DNA of 62,828 nt, filler included, from an uncultured Thermoplasmatales archaeon (GTDB taxonomy: Archaea > Thermoplasmatota > E2 > DHVEG-1), in assembly GCA_964517155.1 (NCBI GenBank). It is 9 parts of 9 records of this genome, joined end to end, with 100 filler letters (N's around TTAATTAATTAA, not from the genome) between each part and the next. Parts side by side here need not be neighbours in the genome. Positions count along the whole stretch, not along the records: positions 46,017 to 50,888 come from CAZFAZ010000021.1; positions 50,989 to 59,762 come from CAZFAZ010000022.1; 7 more parts are not named here. One strand, written 5' to 3'. The notes beneath the pieces are model-generated. The model made no database searches. It had not been told where the DNA came from and worked only from the letters and a program-made list of their open reading frames with translations. Below are positions 46,604-57,363 of this stretch, in pieces (position 1 is the stretch's first letter; the number at the start of each line of letters is the position of its first letter). Both the position numbers and the translations under genes were made by a program.

Positions 46604-48780
46604 TGTTTTTCTATAAATTCAGATAGTTCTTTTTCTTCACCTGAAGTGCTTTCCCCTATTTGACTTTTAATGCTTTTTGCAACTGCTTCACCAATCGTTT
46701 TAATCTGAGATAAACGCTTCAAAGGCACACCGCGAAGATCATTAATTGTTTTAAAACCTTCATTAAACAACGCACGTGCACGAATGCGACCAACTCCTTT
46801 TAAAGAAACCAAACTGAGAAGTTCTTTTTTACATCCATATTCAACACGCATAAGCAAATCTGTGATTTCTGATACACAATCAAAATTATACATACGGGCA
46901 AACTCACGAGCAGCATGCAAAAGCCACTGAACCATTTCAACTATATTGTGTATATCACCAGGTCCAACATTATATTTGTTTACAATATTATCCTCATAGA
47001 TTTCGTCTATCCAATCCTCAACAAGAGCTGCAGTTTTTAAATCACTTAAAAACCATTCATAATCATTACTTCCTGCAAAAGGTGTATCCAGTAAAAACTC
47101 ACCACGAGACACCTCTGCTTTTTCTTCAACCCATGTATCACTACTGCGTAGATATAAACTTCTTACATCAGGTGTAGAACACACAGCATGCAAAAAACTA
47201 AGACTTGAAACCTGTCGATTACATGAATTTTCAAGGGCAAGTTTAAGCTGCAGAGCCGAGAGTGGATCAATATATAAACTGCTAGTTCTATTTCCAAGTA
47301 AAGTAGACATATATTCTGTATTGTTAATTTCTTCAATAAAACCGTTACTTGATAGAAAATTAATTGCGTTATCAATTTGGTTTTTAAGAGTTGAAACATC
47401 AGATTGATAAGCATAAAAAGTACTATCAATAAACTTGTAAACGCCTTCTGAATTATTTACAAAGTTTGTTGCAATTGCAGCAAGTAGATGCATACGTAGT
47501 GCAGATTCACTACCAAGTTTTGAAAAAATAGGCTCAGTATCACCAAGTATATAATTATTAAAAATCTCATCAACTTGTCTTTCATTTTTTGCAATAGTTA
47601 TTGCTTCACCAAATTTATCATATCTAGGTCTACCTGCGCGGCCTGCTTGTTGTTTATATTCAAGTATTGGTATCGGATGCATACCAAAATTAGGATCATA
47701 CCGCCATAAATCACGAATGATTACACGCTGAGCAGGAATATTTACACCTGCTGCAAGAGTAGGTGTTGCAACAATACATTTAATTATTCTTTGTTTAAAA
47801 CCATTCTCAACAAGGCTTCTTTGAGAACTAGATAAACCAGCATTATGAAATGCTGCACCATTTTTAAGACTTAAAAAAAGTGCTTTGTCAAAACTAGTCT
47901 GCTCAGAAAGCTGTTTTTTACTTGTATCTAACAGAGTTTTAATATTATTTTTATCTTCATCTGATAAAATTTTTTCAATTTCTAAACCAAGTTTACCTGC
48001 AACAGATACAGTGGAGCGCCTGCTGTTTACAAAAACTAAAACCTGTCCGCCATTTGAAATAGAATCTGTTACAAGTTTTTCTAATGTTTTTTTACCAGAA
48101 TCTTCAAAATCAGCAATTTTGCCGTCATCAAACTTTATACTTGATTTATAACAAACACCTTCGCGAAGTTTAACAGGTCTCCAATCAGATTTAACAAGTT
48201 GTGCATCAAGCCACGTTGAAAGTTCTATTGCGTTTTTTATAGTTGCAGAAAGAGCAATAATTTGAGTATCTGGGTTAAGTGATTTAAAATGAGAAATAAT
48301 TACTTCTAGAGCCGGTCCTCTATCAGGATCATTTATAAGATGAATTTCATCTACAATTAAAACCTTTATTTTATCCATCCATGAAACTTTATGTCGCAAT
48401 AAAGAATCTGCTTTTTCAGATGTACAGACAATTATGTCAAAACTGGCAAGACGAGGATCTGAATCGTCTAAATCACCAGTTGATATGCCAACTTTGAATC
48501 CAAGTTTTTCAAAAAGTAAAAGCTCTTCATATTTCTCACGAGCAAGGGCTTTTAATGGAACAATATATAATGCTTTTCCTTCCTCATTTGTAATTTTGTT
48601 TATAATGCCAAGATATGCAACAAGACTTTTTCCACTAGCTGTAGGAATAGAAAGAACAGTGTTTTTACCATTTAGAACAAAAGGTAATGCTTTCTCCTGA
48701 GGCGGATACAATTTATTTATCCCATGTTCTTTTAATATTTCGATTATTTCTTTTTTTAAAGGCAGATTTTCGACTTTCAT
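46600..48780 (-). CDS. hel308: Ski2-like DNA helicase Hel308/Hjm
   Basis: LYPPQ, PTASGKS, DEIH, LSAT, HNAGL, TPTLAAGVN.PA, QQAGRAGRP, HhH GVGRIRAR. Confidence 0.96.
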   Translation of the reverse strand: MKVENLPLKKEIIEILKEHGINKLYPPQEKALPFVLNGKNTVLSIPTASGKSLVAYLGIINKITNEEGKALYIVPLKALAREKYEELLLFEKLGFKVGISTGDLDDSDPRLASFDIIVCTSEKADSLLRHKVSWMDKIKVLIVDEIHLINDPDRGPALEVIISHFKSLNPDTQIIALSATIKNAIELSTWLDAQLVKSDWRPVKLREGVCYKSSIKFDDGKIADFEDSGKKTLEKLVTDSISNGGQVLVFVNSRRSTVSVAGKLGLEIEKILSDEDKNNIKTLLDTSKKQLSEQTSFDKALFLSLKNGAAFHNAGLSSSQRSLVENGFKQRIIKCIVATPTLAAGVNIPAQRVIIRDLWRYDPNFGMHPIPILEYKQQAGRAGRPRYDKFGEAITIAKNERQVDEIFNNYILGDTEPIFSKLGSESALRMHLLAAIATNFVNNSEGVYKFIDSTFYAYQSDVSTLKNQIDNAINFLSSNGFIEEINNTEYMSTLLGNRTSSLYIDPLSALQLKLALENSCNRQVSSLSFLHAVCSTPDVRSLYLRSSDTWVEEKAEVSRGEFLLDTPFAGSNDYEWFLSDLKTAALVEDWIDEIYEDNIVNKYNVGPGDIHNIVEMVQWLLHAAREFARMYNFDCVSEITDLLMRVEYGCKKELLSLVSLKGVGRIRARALFNEGFKTINDLRGVPLKRLSQIKTIGEAVAKSIKSQIGESTSGEEKELSEFIEKQ

Positions 48781-48900
48781 TTTCTGTTTCTGTAATAAGA
48801 AAAGGGATTATAAAACAAAAGTATTGCGTTAATTTACGGCTAACCTTATAAAATAAGAGTATTATTCAGGGTACACAAAAAAAGTTTAGGTTGATGAATT

Positions 48901-49212
48901 ATGGGCCGAAGACAAACCATGATGGAAAAATACAAGATGCAAATGAAAGCATATCGTAAAAAAAGAATGCAGCAGGATAACACTCCTTTCTTACCAATAG
49001 ATGGTGCTGTTTATGTTATGGATACACTTGATGCTACAAAGAAATTAAAAGCAGAGGTAATTAAAACAAGTACAAAACAACACCGTGAAGTAATAGAGAG
49101 TCTTGCATGTCCAGTATGTGGCAACCCTATGGAATGGGACTCGAAATGGGAAGCATTCATATGTTTAAAACACGGTAAAAAAGCAATATATGAGATAGTA
49201 GATCAAGATTAG
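48901..49212 (+). CDS. Conserved hypothetical protein with C-terminal CxxC...CxxH zinc site
   Basis: ACPVCGNPMEWD....FICLKHG. Confidence 0.75.
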   Translation: MGRRQTMMEKYKMQMKAYRKKRMQQDNTPFLPIDGAVYVMDTLDATKKLKAEVIKTSTKQHREVIESLACPVCGNPMEWDSKWEAFICLKHGKKAIYEIVDQD

Positions 49213-49275
49213 ATTTATTTTTAAACAATTCTTTAAGTATAGCTTTTTATATTATTGTTACTTGGTGAACCTAAT

Positions 49276-49536
49276 ATGGTTGAGGAAAAAATTGGTGTTG
49301 TAGAACACTTTTTTGGTAATGTTGCTGTTGCTGCTATTAAAATCACTGAGGGTGAACTTAAAATAGGGGATACTATTCACTTTGTTGGAGCGCATACTGA
49401 CTTCAAACAAAAAATTGACAGTATGCAAATTAATAAAAATGCTGTTCAAACAGTTAAAAAAGATGATGCAGTAGGCATCAAAGTAAAAGATAAAGTCCGT
49501 GAACATGATATGGTATATAAAACAACTGAGGGATGA
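49276..49536 (+). CDS. Translation-factor domain-II-like beta-barrel protein
   Basis: IG.V.HFF....VAAI....LKIGD.IH..G..TDF.Q...SMQI...VGIKV...VRE.D.VY. Confidence 0.8.
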   Translation: MVEEKIGVVEHFFGNVAVAAIKITEGELKIGDTIHFVGAHTDFKQKIDSMQINKNAVQTVKKDDAVGIKVKDKVREHDMVYKTTEG

Positions 49537-49539
49537 AAA

Positions 49540-49923
49540 ATGAAACAATTGGCAGAAGTAAGAACACTTAAAGTTGGTAGATATATGATAATAGATGAAG
49601 AACCATGCAAAATAATGAGTATTTCAACATCTAAACCAGGAAAGCACGGTGAGGCAAAAGCAAGAATTGAAGCAGTAGGAATTTTTGATGGTCAAAAAAG
49701 AAGTGTTGTGCATCCTGTTAAACATAAAATTCATGTTCCATTAATTGACAAAAGAAGCGCACAAATAGTAGCGCTTATGGGTGAAAACGTTCAACTTATG
49801 GATCTTGAAACCTATGAGACTTTTGAAATGCCGATACCTGAAGAATACAAAGGACAACTGCAGCCTGGAAGCGAAGTATTATATCTTGAAGCACTTGGTA
49901 GAAAAAGAATTACTAGAGCTTAA
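49540..49923 (+). CDS. eif5a: Translation factor aIF5A
   Basis: Hypusination loop [10 protein letters not shown]. Confidence 0.97.
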   Translation: MKQLAEVRTLKVGRYMIIDEEPCKIMSISTSKPGKHGEAKARIEAVGIFDGQKRSVVHPVKHKIHVPLIDKRSAQIVALMGENVQLMDLETYETFEMPIPEEYKGQLQPGSEVLYLEALGRKRITRA

Positions 49924-49952
49924 AATTATTTTTTTATAATTCTTTGGTGAAT

Positions 49953-50831
49953 ATGAAATTTCCAAACTATTTTGCAGATTCTGAAGCAAGTTTTAATGAT
50001 GCAGATTTTATCATATTTGGCGTACCTTATGATAAAACTTGTTCTTTTAGGCCTGGTGCTAAAAAAGGACCTGCTCATATACGTCAAGTAAGTTGGAATT
50101 TTGAAACTTATAATATTAGAACAGATGTTGATTTTAAAGATATAAAAGTTCATGATTATGGTGATTTAAACGTTTTAAATATGAGTCCTTCTAAAATGAT
50201 TGAAACAGTCAAAGATTTTACATTACGTGTTTTATCTAAAAAAAAGATACCTATTTGTTTAGGTGGAGAACATTCAATAACCCCAGGTATTGTTTATGCA
50301 TTTCCAAAAGATATCTGTGTTTTATCTATTGATGCACATATTGATTTTAGAGCAGAATATGAAAATGAAAAATATAATCATGCATGCGCAACAAGACGCA
50401 TAGCTGATCATATAAAAATTGAAAATATTGGTGTCATTGGTATTCGCTCAGCTGAAAAAGAAGAGTTAGATGATGCAATAAAGAATAATTTATTTTTTAA
50501 AACATCTTTTGAAATGAAAAATAAAGGTCTTAAAAACATACTTCGTGAGGCTAAAAAACATTTCAAAGATAAAAAAATGTATCTCACACTTGATATAGAT
50601 GTAGTTGACCCAGGTTATGCGCCAGGTACAGGAACACCTGAGCCATTTGGAATTAATCCTTTTGAACTTCTTGAAATAATAGATTTTTTTTCACCGCAGA
50701 TAATTGGTTTTGATGTTGTAGAGGTAAACCCTGATTTTGATAACGGTCAAACTGCGACTCTTGCAGCAAAAATAGTTCGAAATGTAATTGAAAATATCTA
50801 CTCTAAAAAAAAGAGGGGTAGGTATATATAA
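49953..50831 (+). CDS. speB: Agmatinase
   Basis: GGEHSIT, DAH.D, DIDVVDP..APGTGTPE. Confidence 0.92.
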   Translation: MKFPNYFADSEASFNDADFIIFGVPYDKTCSFRPGAKKGPAHIRQVSWNFETYNIRTDVDFKDIKVHDYGDLNVLNMSPSKMIETVKDFTLRVLSKKKIPICLGGEHSITPGIVYAFPKDICVLSIDAHIDFRAEYENEKYNHACATRRIADHIKIENIGVIGIRSAEKEELDDAIKNNLFFKTSFEMKNKGLKNILREAKKHFKDKKMYLTLDIDVVDPGYAPGTGTPEPFGINPFELLEIIDFFSPQIIGFDVVEVNPDFDNGQTATLAAKIVRNVIENIYSKKKRGRYI

Positions 50832-50888
50832 TATAAATTTATTTCGCAGAGCATGCAAAAAGAAAAAATAACCGCAATAATTCTTGTA

Positions 50889-50988
50889 NNNNNNNNNNNN
50901 NNNNNNNNNNNNNNNNNNNNNNNNNNNNNNNNTTAATTAATTAANNNNNNNNNNNNNNNNNNNNNNNNNNNNNNNNNNNNNNNNNNNN
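50889..50988. other. Artificial contig linker 7
   Basis: N44-TTAATTAATTAA-N44. Confidence 0.99.
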
Positions 50989-53400
50989 AATTTCGTTTTT
51001 AACACCAAGTCTATCCTCTGTTTCAGCGATTTTAAGTCTTGTTTTTATAACTGTATCAGGATTTAGTGAAATACTATCTATCCCACATTCAACTAAAAAC
51101 TCTGCAAACTCCGGAAAATCACTAGGTGCTTGCCCACAGATTCCTACCTTTCTTCTTGGACTGTGTGCATGTGCTGTTTCTATTACTTGCTTTACAAGCC
51201 TTTTTACTGCATCGTTTCTCTCATCAAAAATATGAGCGACCAAATCAGAGTCACGGTCAAGACCAAGAGTAAGCTGGGTTAAATCATTTGAACCAATACT
51301 AAAACCATCAAATATTTCTGCGAACTGATCAGCAACAATAACATTACTTGGAATTTCACACATAACATATATTTCAAGACCATTTTCTCCCTGAGTAAGG
51401 CCAAACTCTTTCATTGTTTGTATTACTTTTCTACCTTCATCGGGTGTTCTGCAGAAAGGTATCATAGGTTTGATATTTGTAAGACCCATTTCATCACGAG
51501 CTTTCTTTAATGCTTTGCATTCAAGACCAAAAGCAGGTTTATATTTAGGATCATAATATCTAGATGCTCCACGCCAGCCAATCATAGGATTATGCTCTTC
51601 AGGTTCATACAAGTAACCTCCTACAAGATTTGCATATTCATTTGTTTTAAAATCACTCATACGCACAATTACATCATTTGGATAAAACGATGCCGCAATC
51701 TTTGCAATACCACGTGCGAGAGTATCTACGAAAAACTCTACTTTATCTTCATAACCTTTGCTTTTTTCATCAATTGTTTTTATTACATCTGCAATCTTTG
51801 GATTTTCATTTACCATCTGCTTAAGTTTATTATATTCAATTAAAGCAAGGGGATGTATACCTATATGAGAATTAATGATAAACTCCTCACGAGCAAGACC
51901 TACGCCATCATTTGGAATCTGGCCCTGTTGAAATGCTTTCTCAGGAATTGCTGCATTCATCATAATCCGAGTTTTTGTCCTTGGCAAATTATCAATTTTA
52001 AGTTCATCTACCCGAAATTTTAATTTTCCTTTATATATAAGTCCTACACCTTCACTGCAGTCAACAGTTATATCTGCTCCATTCGTAATTGTTTGTGTGC
52101 CATCACCTGTACCAATAATACATGGAATGCCCAGCTCACGAGAGATTATCGCTGCATGGCACGTTCTACCCCCGCGGTTTGTAACAATTGCACCTGCTAT
52201 TTTCATTATTGGTTCCCAATCTGGATCTGTCATATCAGTTACCAAGACTTGTCCTTTCTTGAAGTTAGCAATATCTTTTGCATCTTCGATAACGTTTACT
52301 TCACCTTGTCCAATCATGCTTCCAACTGCTTCACCCTCAGCTAAAATATTTCCTTTTTCTTCTAAAACATATGTTTTCATAACAGCTAAATCTTTTTGAG
52401 AATGAACTGTCTCAGGACGGGCTTGAACGATAAATAGCTCACCAGTGTTTCCATCTTTAGCCCATTCGATATCCATTGGTTTTTTGTAGTGATCTTCAAT
52501 GATGCTTGCCCATTTAGCAAGTTTTATTATTTCATCTTCACTAATTACAAACTTATTTCTTTCTTCTTCACCAACTTCTTTGTTTATTACGCCTTTATCT
52601 GCATAAATCATGCGTTTTTGTTTTGCTCCAACTTTTTTTTCTAAGATTGGTTTAAAACCATCCTTTAAGGTTGGTTTGAAAACATAAAACTGATCAGGAT
52701 TAACTGCTCCTTGTACAACATTTTCACCAAGGCCATATGCTCCTGTTATGTATATCGCGTCTTTAAATCCACTTTCTGTATCTATACTAAACATGACCCC
52801 TGCGGAGGCAAGATCTGATCTGACCATTTTTTGAACGCCAACGGAGAGATACACGCTAAAATGATCAAAGCCTTTGTCTTCTCTATATGATATTGCTCTG
52901 TTTGTAAATAAGGATGCAAAGCATTCACGAACTTTTTCTAAAAGGTCTTTCTCACCAGATATGTTCAGATAAGTTTCTTGTTGACCAGCAAATGAAGCAT
53001 CTGGTAAATCTTCTGCAGTTGCACTACTTCTAACTGCAACATCACAGTTTTTACCATAGCGTTCTTCCATACCGCGATAATGTTTGCGTATGTCTTCTTC
53101 AAGTTCAGGCGGCAGTGGTGTATTTTTGATTAAGTTTCTTATTTTTTCACCGCGCTCTGCTATATTATTAACATCGTTTGTATTTAAATCTGAAAGAATT
53201 TGCCTTATTTTTTTATCTACCCCTGCTTTTTCAATTGTGTATTTATAGGCATATGCTGTGACTGCAAAACCTGATGGTACATTAACGCCTTTTTCCTTAA
53301 GCGTTCGTATCATTTCTCCAAGAGATGCATTTTTGCCACCTACACTTGGGACATCATTAATTGTTAGTTCTTCAAACCATTTATTAAACTCTTCAATCAT
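50989..53400 (-). CDS. ppsA: Phosphoenolpyruvate synthase (last codons lost at gap)
   Basis: VGGKNASLGEM, VRSSATAED, QARPET, GGRTCHAAI phospho-His, SIGSNDLTQ, ICGQ. Confidence 0.97.
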
Positions 53401-53500
53401 ACAAATCTCTCCTAATGTTGCTATTCGTTAACAAGAACATACATATAAAACCTTTTTAAAAGTAGATGAAAAAGAAGTTAAAATAAATGCGGTGTTTTTT

Positions 53501-54046
53501 TTATTTCTCTATAAAAACAGCAGCTGCAAGTACTGTAGTCCATAGGCCGTTTTTGTCGCCACGTGCTGTTTGTGCAACACTTTGTGTTCTAACAAATTGA
53601 CCACTCATCTTAAACTCTTGTTTTCTTTCATCCCATGCTTTATCGGGATTAAAATCAATCCCAAGAGTTGTTGCAAGCATTGTTGCTGCAAGGTCTTCTG
53701 CGTAGTCTCCTATTTTTTTGCTTGCTTCTCCAAAGCAATGATGCTCAGAGATGTATCCATATTGTTGGTTCTCCTTTGGAATAGCAACACCTACTGCGGC
53801 GCCTACCATTCTGTTGGGTTCGTTTGTTTTATTTCGGGACATTACAACATATGTAATTTCTCCAGCATTTAGTTCTTCTACTCCTTTTTTACGTGTAATT
53901 ATTTTACATTTAGGAGGAATTATGCTTGAAACGTTTACTAAGTTACATTGTTCAATATCTGCATCTCTTAATGCTAACTCAAAAGATTGTAACTCGTCTT
54001 TATGTCTTCCAACGCCTTTTGTGAAAAATACTCTTTTTGGAACCAT
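53501..54046 (-). CDS. pdaD: Pyruvoyl-dependent arginine decarboxylase
   Basis: SFELALRDA, NLVNVSSIIP (Ser-Ser cleavage site), GYISEH. Confidence 0.93.
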   Translation of the reverse strand: MVPKRVFFTKGVGRHKDELQSFELALRDADIEQCNLVNVSSIIPPKCKIITRKKGVEELNAGEITYVVMSRNKTNEPNRMVGAAVGVAIPKENQQYGYISEHHCFGEASKKIGDYAEDLAATMLATTLGIDFNPDKAWDERKQEFKMSGQFVRTQSVAQTARGDKNGLWTTVLAAAVFIEK

Positions 54047-54092
54047 ATTTTTCAGGAATATAATCCCTCTTATAAATATATCTGAAACTTAT

Positions 54093-55022
54093 TTATTTTT
54101 CATCATCTATTTCTTCGTCTTCTATATTTTCTTTTTCGGCTTTTTTTGAAGGATTCTGCATTTTTAGTAAATCACGCATTTGTTTTTGTATATCTACTTG
54201 TTCTTTTTGAAAGGTTGCTTGTTCTTTTTGGTATTCAACATTTTTCTGATGATAAGGGATTACATCTTTCTCTTGAACAAGTTCTTCGACTAGTTTTTTT
54301 ATTTCTTTATATGGGTAGATGCCGTGTAGTTCATAGTAGCTGCGGGCTCTTGGTGTTTGTACTTCTTTGTTTCCTCCAAAAAGTCCCAAGAGTTTGACTT
54401 TTTTTTCTCCTAGTTGAACCCCGCCTGCTGCAAAGGCATGATCACTTCCTAAGCCAAAACCAGATTGAGATATAGGAATAATTGTTCCAAATCCAAAGAT
54501 CTGACCAATTATTCCTTGTTTAGCATTTATATCTGAGATTTTGTCATAACGAAGAGTTCTTTCTTCTTTGGTTATTATTCCTCCTTTAAAGATTATTCTT
54601 TTGTTGGAAATTATGTATTTATGACTTCTTCTATACCATTCCACCAGTAAAAATCCAATAACTGAAATTGATACGGTATACAGAGGTATGAATATTTTTA
54701 CATGTTCAAACCAACCCTGCCAAAAAACAATTCCAACACCGCTTAAAACTACTGCAAGATACATAAAAAAGATACTCCAGCGGATTGTTGTAAGCGCTGC
54801 AAAAACGCCTATGATTAGTAAAACAATAGCCCAGGCAAACATTACAATAGGCCACTCCTTAAGTACAGACGTGCTCCATTCTGAAAAATTAACTAGCCAA
54901 CCTAATACAGCACCCCAAATTATCAAAAATATACTTAGTGCTTGATAACGCATAAAAGATAATGGATGTGGGGATAATATTTTTTCTAACTGCTCATTTT
55001 TTAACAGGTCGTCATCATTCAT
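54093..55022 (-). CDS. Membrane protein with bacterial PH (bPH_2) domain
   Basis: Several TMs, then Y.ISNKRII.KGGI......Y.KI.DI...QG..GQIFGFGTI and a coiled-coil tail. Confidence 0.78.
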   Translation of the reverse strand: MNDDDLLKNEQLEKILSPHPLSFMRYQALSIFLIIWGAVLGWLVNFSEWSTSVLKEWPIVMFAWAIVLLIIGVFAALTTIRWSIFFMYLAVVLSGVGIVFWQGWFEHVKIFIPLYTVSISVIGFLLVEWYRRSHKYIISNKRIIFKGGIITKEERTLRYDKISDINAKQGIIGQIFGFGTIIPISQSGFGLGSDHAFAAGGVQLGEKKVKLLGLFGGNKEVQTPRARSYYELHGIYPYKEIKKLVEELVQEKDVIPYHQKNVEYQKEQATFQKEQVDIQKQMRDLLKMQNPSKKAEKENIEDEEIDDEK

Positions 55023-56082
55023 TTTTCTTTTTCCTCTTTGTTTTTCTTCGTTTTATCTTTCTTAAGGTTTTAAATTTATCGTCTTTAGAGTCTATACATA
55101 AATAAGTAATTAATATTGTTGAAAGAAACATAACAAACAAAGATAAACTTAAATCAAAATCTGATTTTATATAATAAAAGAAAACACGCATTAAGAGATA
55201 AGAGGTTAGAATAGTTAGATATGGCAGAATTTTTTTCTTCCCATTTATTTTATCTAAATTATATATAAAAAATATAACTAGATGTGATAAAATAAGTGAA
55301 ACAATAGAAATTATTGACAGCCAGCCAAATATTGAAAACAATATCGAATAAAAACCTTGGTTTAGATAAAAAGAGATATAAAAAAACAGGTAGCTTGCTA
55401 AAAACAAAATCAAAACATATATTGGTTTACTGGAAATAAGATGCCAGATGTTTTTTAGATCATATATCATATCAACTTTATCGACTTTTTTTTCACCTAT
55501 ATAGCTTGGTCTTATACCTAAACCCAGGAAAATTAAAAATATTAGAAAGCCAAGATGTCCTGGATTTAATAGGTCTATGTTAAATAAGAATGCAAAAAAA
55601 TTAGCAGAAAAAGAATAAAGATTACTTCCAAAAGCAGTTAGTTGCCCTGCAAAAGTATATTGTGTTCCTAAGAGATGTGTTGGTATTGTAGTATCGAAAC
55701 CTTCTGTTAAAAGAACAAAAAGACAGAGCAATATAAGAAATGCAGGTATAAAAAAAGGGCCTATAAATAGAAAAGCATTTGCAATCCATTCAAATATACC
55801 TTTTTTTTCTTTTTTTGGTGCTACTTTACCATAGTTTACACTTATATAAAAACCAGATATACCGCTTTTTGTTACAGTATATCCTAAAGCATGACAGATA
55901 GTTTGGAAGAGTATTCCTAAAAAATTTGTAAATCTGCAGAAAGGTTCATGTTTTGCTCTTATTTTATCTATTAGATATTTCTGGCTTTCAATAAATAATA
56001 GTTGTATGAACCAGAATAATAATACGCCAAATATTGGTGCAAGTGGTGCAAAAATAACTACATCTACTGCTGAGATTTCCAT
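55015..56082 (-). CDS. Polytopic membrane protein, distant M50B-peptidase-like with degenerate HExxH
   Basis: LGILFQTICHALGY in place of G...HExxH, IGPF, and RPS in place of xPSxxD. Confidence 0.5.
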   Translation of the reverse strand: MEISAVDVVIFAPLAPIFGVLLFWFIQLLFIESQKYLIDKIRAKHEPFCRFTNFLGILFQTICHALGYTVTKSGISGFYISVNYGKVAPKKEKKGIFEWIANAFLFIGPFFIPAFLILLCLFVLLTEGFDTTIPTHLLGTQYTFAGQLTAFGSNLYSFSANFFAFLFNIDLLNPGHLGFLIFLIFLGLGIRPSYIGEKKVDKVDMIYDLKNIWHLISSKPIYVLILFLASYLFFYISFYLNQGFYSILFSIFGWLSIISIVSLILSHLVIFFIYNLDKINGKKKILPYLTILTSYLLMRVFFYYIKSDFDLSLSLFVMFLSTILITYLCIDSKDDKFKTLRKIKRRKTKRKKKNE

Positions 56083-56129
56083 CCTTCTCCAATTTTTGGT
56101 AGTAATTATTTAATATAAAACCTTATCTT

Positions 56130-56546
56130 TTAAACAATTTTTAATGTTGTTTCATTTCCCGCGTAATCATATGCTTTCCAAGAATTTTTATCATATGGAT
56201 AAGCTATAATGATATGTATCCTTCCATGTTTTCTAAAAAGCTCTAAATCTGCATCAGAAGGAATTGGATAAGGGCTAGGGTGACTGTGTATTGTTCCAAC
56301 AATGTTAAAATCAACAGGCATCATATGCAGTTTGAAAATAGCATGTGATTCACCTTGAATGGTTCCCGGTAAAAGTACTATCTCTGAAATAGTATCTTTT
56401 TGTTTGCTATCAACACTTAAAAGCGCTCCAAATTCATTTGGATACACAGATTTTGCGCTCTCAATTATTAAATCTAGACATCTAAGTTTTATTTTCCATT
56501 CTCGTTGTTTTTTTTGTATTTCTTTATTTTTTTTAAAAAACATCAT
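56130..56546 (-). CDS. JAB/MPN (JAMM) metalloprotease
   Basis: YPNEFGALL and GTIHSHPS....PSDADL give the complete E...HxHx7Sx2D motif. Confidence 0.92.
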   Translation of the reverse strand: MMFFKKNKEIQKKQREWKIKLRCLDLIIESAKSVYPNEFGALLSVDSKQKDTISEIVLLPGTIQGESHAIFKLHMMPVDFNIVGTIHSHPSPYPIPSDADLELFRKHGRIHIIIAYPYDKNSWKAYDYAGNETTLKIV

Positions 56547-56550
56547 GTTT

Positions 56551-57363
56551 TTATCGCACCAACTTGAGACGTACCATCTGATAAAAACTTTCGCCGAAAC
56601 GCACAAATCTTGCTTTTTTTTCAGAGCCTGTAATTATTATTTTACTGTCAGGTGTTACTTCAAGGGGGGATTCGCCATCTATTACAATTTTAGATCCTTT
56701 GCTTTTATAAAGAAGTTTAACATTTATTTTTTTATCTAGTGGTACAACCCATGGACGTGCTGCAAGTTTAAAAGGTGCAAGTGGTGCTATAACCATTGCG
56801 TTAACACATGGGTCAAGAATGGGTCCACCGGCGCTAAGTGAATAACTTGTGCTGCCTGTAGGTGTAGCAATAATAACACCATCGGCGCCAAAAGTTTCTA
56901 GTAATTCTTCTTCTATTAAAATTTGTAGATAAATCATTTTTGCAATCCGTGAAGTCTGAATTGTCACTTCATTTGTAGCATCAGGCAGTCTTTTATCATC
57001 AACCATGATTTTTAGTTTTGCTCGTTCTTCTATGTTGTATTTGCCATCTATTACACGCTGCAAGCCTTCTTTTGCATATTTTGATTCAACTTCGGTTAAA
57101 AAACCCATTCCGCCTGAGTTTATCGCAAAAATAGGTTTTTCTATTTTTTCAAGAGCTCGAAGTATCGTTCCATCGCCGCCAACTGTTACAACAACATCTG
57201 CTTTTTTGTTTATCTCTTGTACAGAATATCCTTTAAAACCTTGTTTTTCTGCAAATTTATCTTCTGCAAAGACTTCTGCGTTTTCCTTTAAAAAAGTATA
57301 TAGTTCCTCGGCAACAGAACATGCTTTTTTTATATGATAATTACAAACAAGCCCGAACTTCAT
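56551..57363 (-). CDS. nadK: NAD+ kinase
   Basis: GGDGT, GFL, NE, DG.IIATPTGSTSY.LSAGGP. Confidence 0.96.
   Translation of the reverse strand: MKFGLVCNYHIKKACSVAEELYTFLKENAEVFAEDKFAEKQGFKGYSVQEINKKADVVVTVGGDGTILRALEKIEKPIFAINSGGMGFLTEVESKYAKEGLQRVIDGKYNIEERAKLKIMVDDKRLPDATNEVTIQTSRIAKMIYLQILIEEELLETFGADGVIIATPTGSTSYSLSAGGPILDPCVNAMVIAPLAPFKLAARPWVVPLDKKINVKLLYKSKGSKIVIDGESPLEVTPDSKIIITGSEKKARFVRFGESFYQMVRLKLVR

Noticed and set aside
50831..54046. speB-ppsA-pdaD polyamine cluster
   Set aside because: Separated by an artificial linker.
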